A stretch of DNA of 64,000 bases, taken from assembly GCA_963804345.1 (NCBI GenBank), contig CAWDPX010000004.1, positions 320,181-384,180 of the forward strand. The letters run 5' to 3'. The notes below the pieces were generated by a model, which made no database searches, was not told the origin of the DNA, and saw only the letters and a program-made list of their open reading frames with translations. Positions within the stretch are counted from its first letter, which is position 1, and every line of letters begins with the position of its first letter. The translations under genes and the position numbers were made by a program. Positions 62,901 through 64,000 of the stretch are shown piece after piece. Source of the stretch: an uncultured Verrucomicrobiae bacterium. Its GTDB lineage: Bacteria > Verrucomicrobiota > Verrucomicrobiia > Limisphaerales > UBA11358.

Positions 62901-63530
62901 GTGCTGTATCCAGTGGAAGTATTTGTCCGGTCGAGATGTGCCATTCGAGGTTCTTTTCTCTTCAGCGTCTTGTTTGCCGTTATACCGCTTTCAGTCTTCG
63001 CAACCGGGAGTGTAACGTTGGCGTGGAACGCAAGCACGGACCCAAGCGTCGCGGGTTACAACGTTTATTACGGAGGAGCCAGCGGCATCTATACCAACGA
63101 GATTTGTGCTGGTAATGCAACCCAGGCAACCATTTCCGGCCTGGTCGAGGGAACCACCTACTATTTTGTGGCGACAACGTATGCAGCTTCGGGCATGGAA
63201 AGTTCGTTCTCCAGCGAGGTGCCCTGTCTGGTTCCCCTGAATGTTCCGATTATGAATTATACAAACACCTATACCGCCGTTGTTTGCACAAACTTTTTCC
63301 AGTTCAAGACCAACACGCTGCCGTCCGGGAAAACAATCATCAGGTCACTCCCGCCAATTTACACGAATCTTGTTTTCACCGGCTCTTGGATTTATTACCC
63401 GCCATCGGGGGTGTGGACACTTCAATCAAGCTCGAACCTGCTGACTTGGTTTGATTATGCGACCGGCACCAATGCCGTGTATGTCCCCTATACCGGCGGG
63501 AATTGGTATTTCCGGTTCAGAGCGTCTTGA
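62901..63530 (+). CDS. secreted fibronectin type III domain protein
   Basis: Signal-like N-terminus. VTLAWNASTDPSVAGYNVYYGGASGIYTNE...ISGLVEGTTYYFVATTY. Confidence 0.7.
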   Translation: MLYPVEVFVRSRCAIRGSFLFSVLFAVIPLSVFATGSVTLAWNASTDPSVAGYNVYYGGASGIYTNEICAGNATQATISGLVEGTTYYFVATTYAASGMESSFSSEVPCLVPLNVPIMNYTNTYTAVVCTNFFQFKTNTLPSGKTIIRSLPPIYTNLVFTGSWIYYPPSGVWTLQSSSNLLTWFDYATGTNAVYVPYTGGNWYFRFRAS

Positions 63531-63657
63531 CTGGCCGGAACGGGGGCACCCGGGAAGCGCGAGTGTTTGTCAACTCCGTCTGCGCACGGTTAAGCAAACC
63601 GTGGTTCGACGGCGGAATTGAAGTGCTTCAGGGGAATGTGCGAGGTTTCGCGCCTTC

Positions 63658-63903
63658 ATGACCAAGGAGAAAGTGGCCGAGGCGTTGGGCATCGGCAAAC
63701 ATAACATTCCGCCACTGGTACGGGCGGGCCGGCTCAAGCCGCTCGGCCATCCGGGGCGTTATTGCGTGAAGCATTTTTCCCGTGACGCACTCGCGGAGAA
63801 ATTTACCAGCCTAGAGTGGCTCGATAAAGTGGTGGCGGCCATCCACCGGCACTGGCGCAACAAGAACGCACGGAAGCGGGCACGGCTGACCCAACCGGCA
63901 TGA
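63658..63903 (+). CDS. small hypothetical protein, possibly an HTH/excisionase-like regulator
   Basis: 81-aa ORF at the window edge. MTKEKVAEALGIGKHNIPPLVRAGRLKPLG; basic C-terminus. Confidence 0.35.
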   Translation: MTKEKVAEALGIGKHNIPPLVRAGRLKPLGHPGRYCVKHFSRDALAEKFTSLEWLDKVVAAIHRHWRNKNARKRARLTQPA

Positions 63904-64000
63904 GGACGGGCGAGTCCGCAACGCAGTAGCGGCTGGCGGCGGCGGTCGCGAAGGTGGTCACATGACAGCATAAAACCCTTCATGCGTTTAAGTCCCACCT

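Overview
High-GC (about 60% by eye, not computed) bacterial chromosomal window. Gene content looks PVC/Verrucomicrobiota-like (inference from a PEP-CTERM protein, a RAYT/REP system and zinc-ribbon membrane proteins). Core genes: ffh, tRNA-Tyr, argH, cinA, leuC-like, alr, rplU-rpmA-obgE, rsmD, argS, dnaN, a cysteine desulfurase, trpF, a LOG-family gene, mazG and proB. Four things stand out. (1) A ~15.5 kb LPS-core/lipid-A-type glycan cluster (11.5-27.1 kb) carries its own sulfation module: APS kinase, a sulfotransferase, and one ORF fusing a pyruvate-kinase barrel to ATP sulfurylase. (2) A decayed RHS polymorphic-toxin locus (4.1-11.2 kb) has an AT-rich C-terminal toxin tip, an ankyrin candidate immunity gene and an intact IS66 element. 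(3) A short palindromic MITE/RPE-like element sits in frame inside cinA and argS, and broken copies lie at the frame breaks of the RHS genes. An unrelated palindrome sits in frame in mazG. (4) Rearrangement scars include ~360-bp inverted repeats bracketing an 11.8 kb core segment (dnaN, argS, obgE), a relic copy of the argS 3' end behind a PEP-CTERM gene, an ISNCY-type insertion with a 17-bp target duplication, a RAYT gene with flanking REPs, and a decayed toxin-antitoxin/ISL3 junction. Several AT-rich orphan genes (465-1322, 28792-29628, 44087-45249) are candidates for horizontally acquired functions. No rRNA or CRISPR array was seen. All calls come from reading the ORF translations and the DNA by eye; no database search was run.
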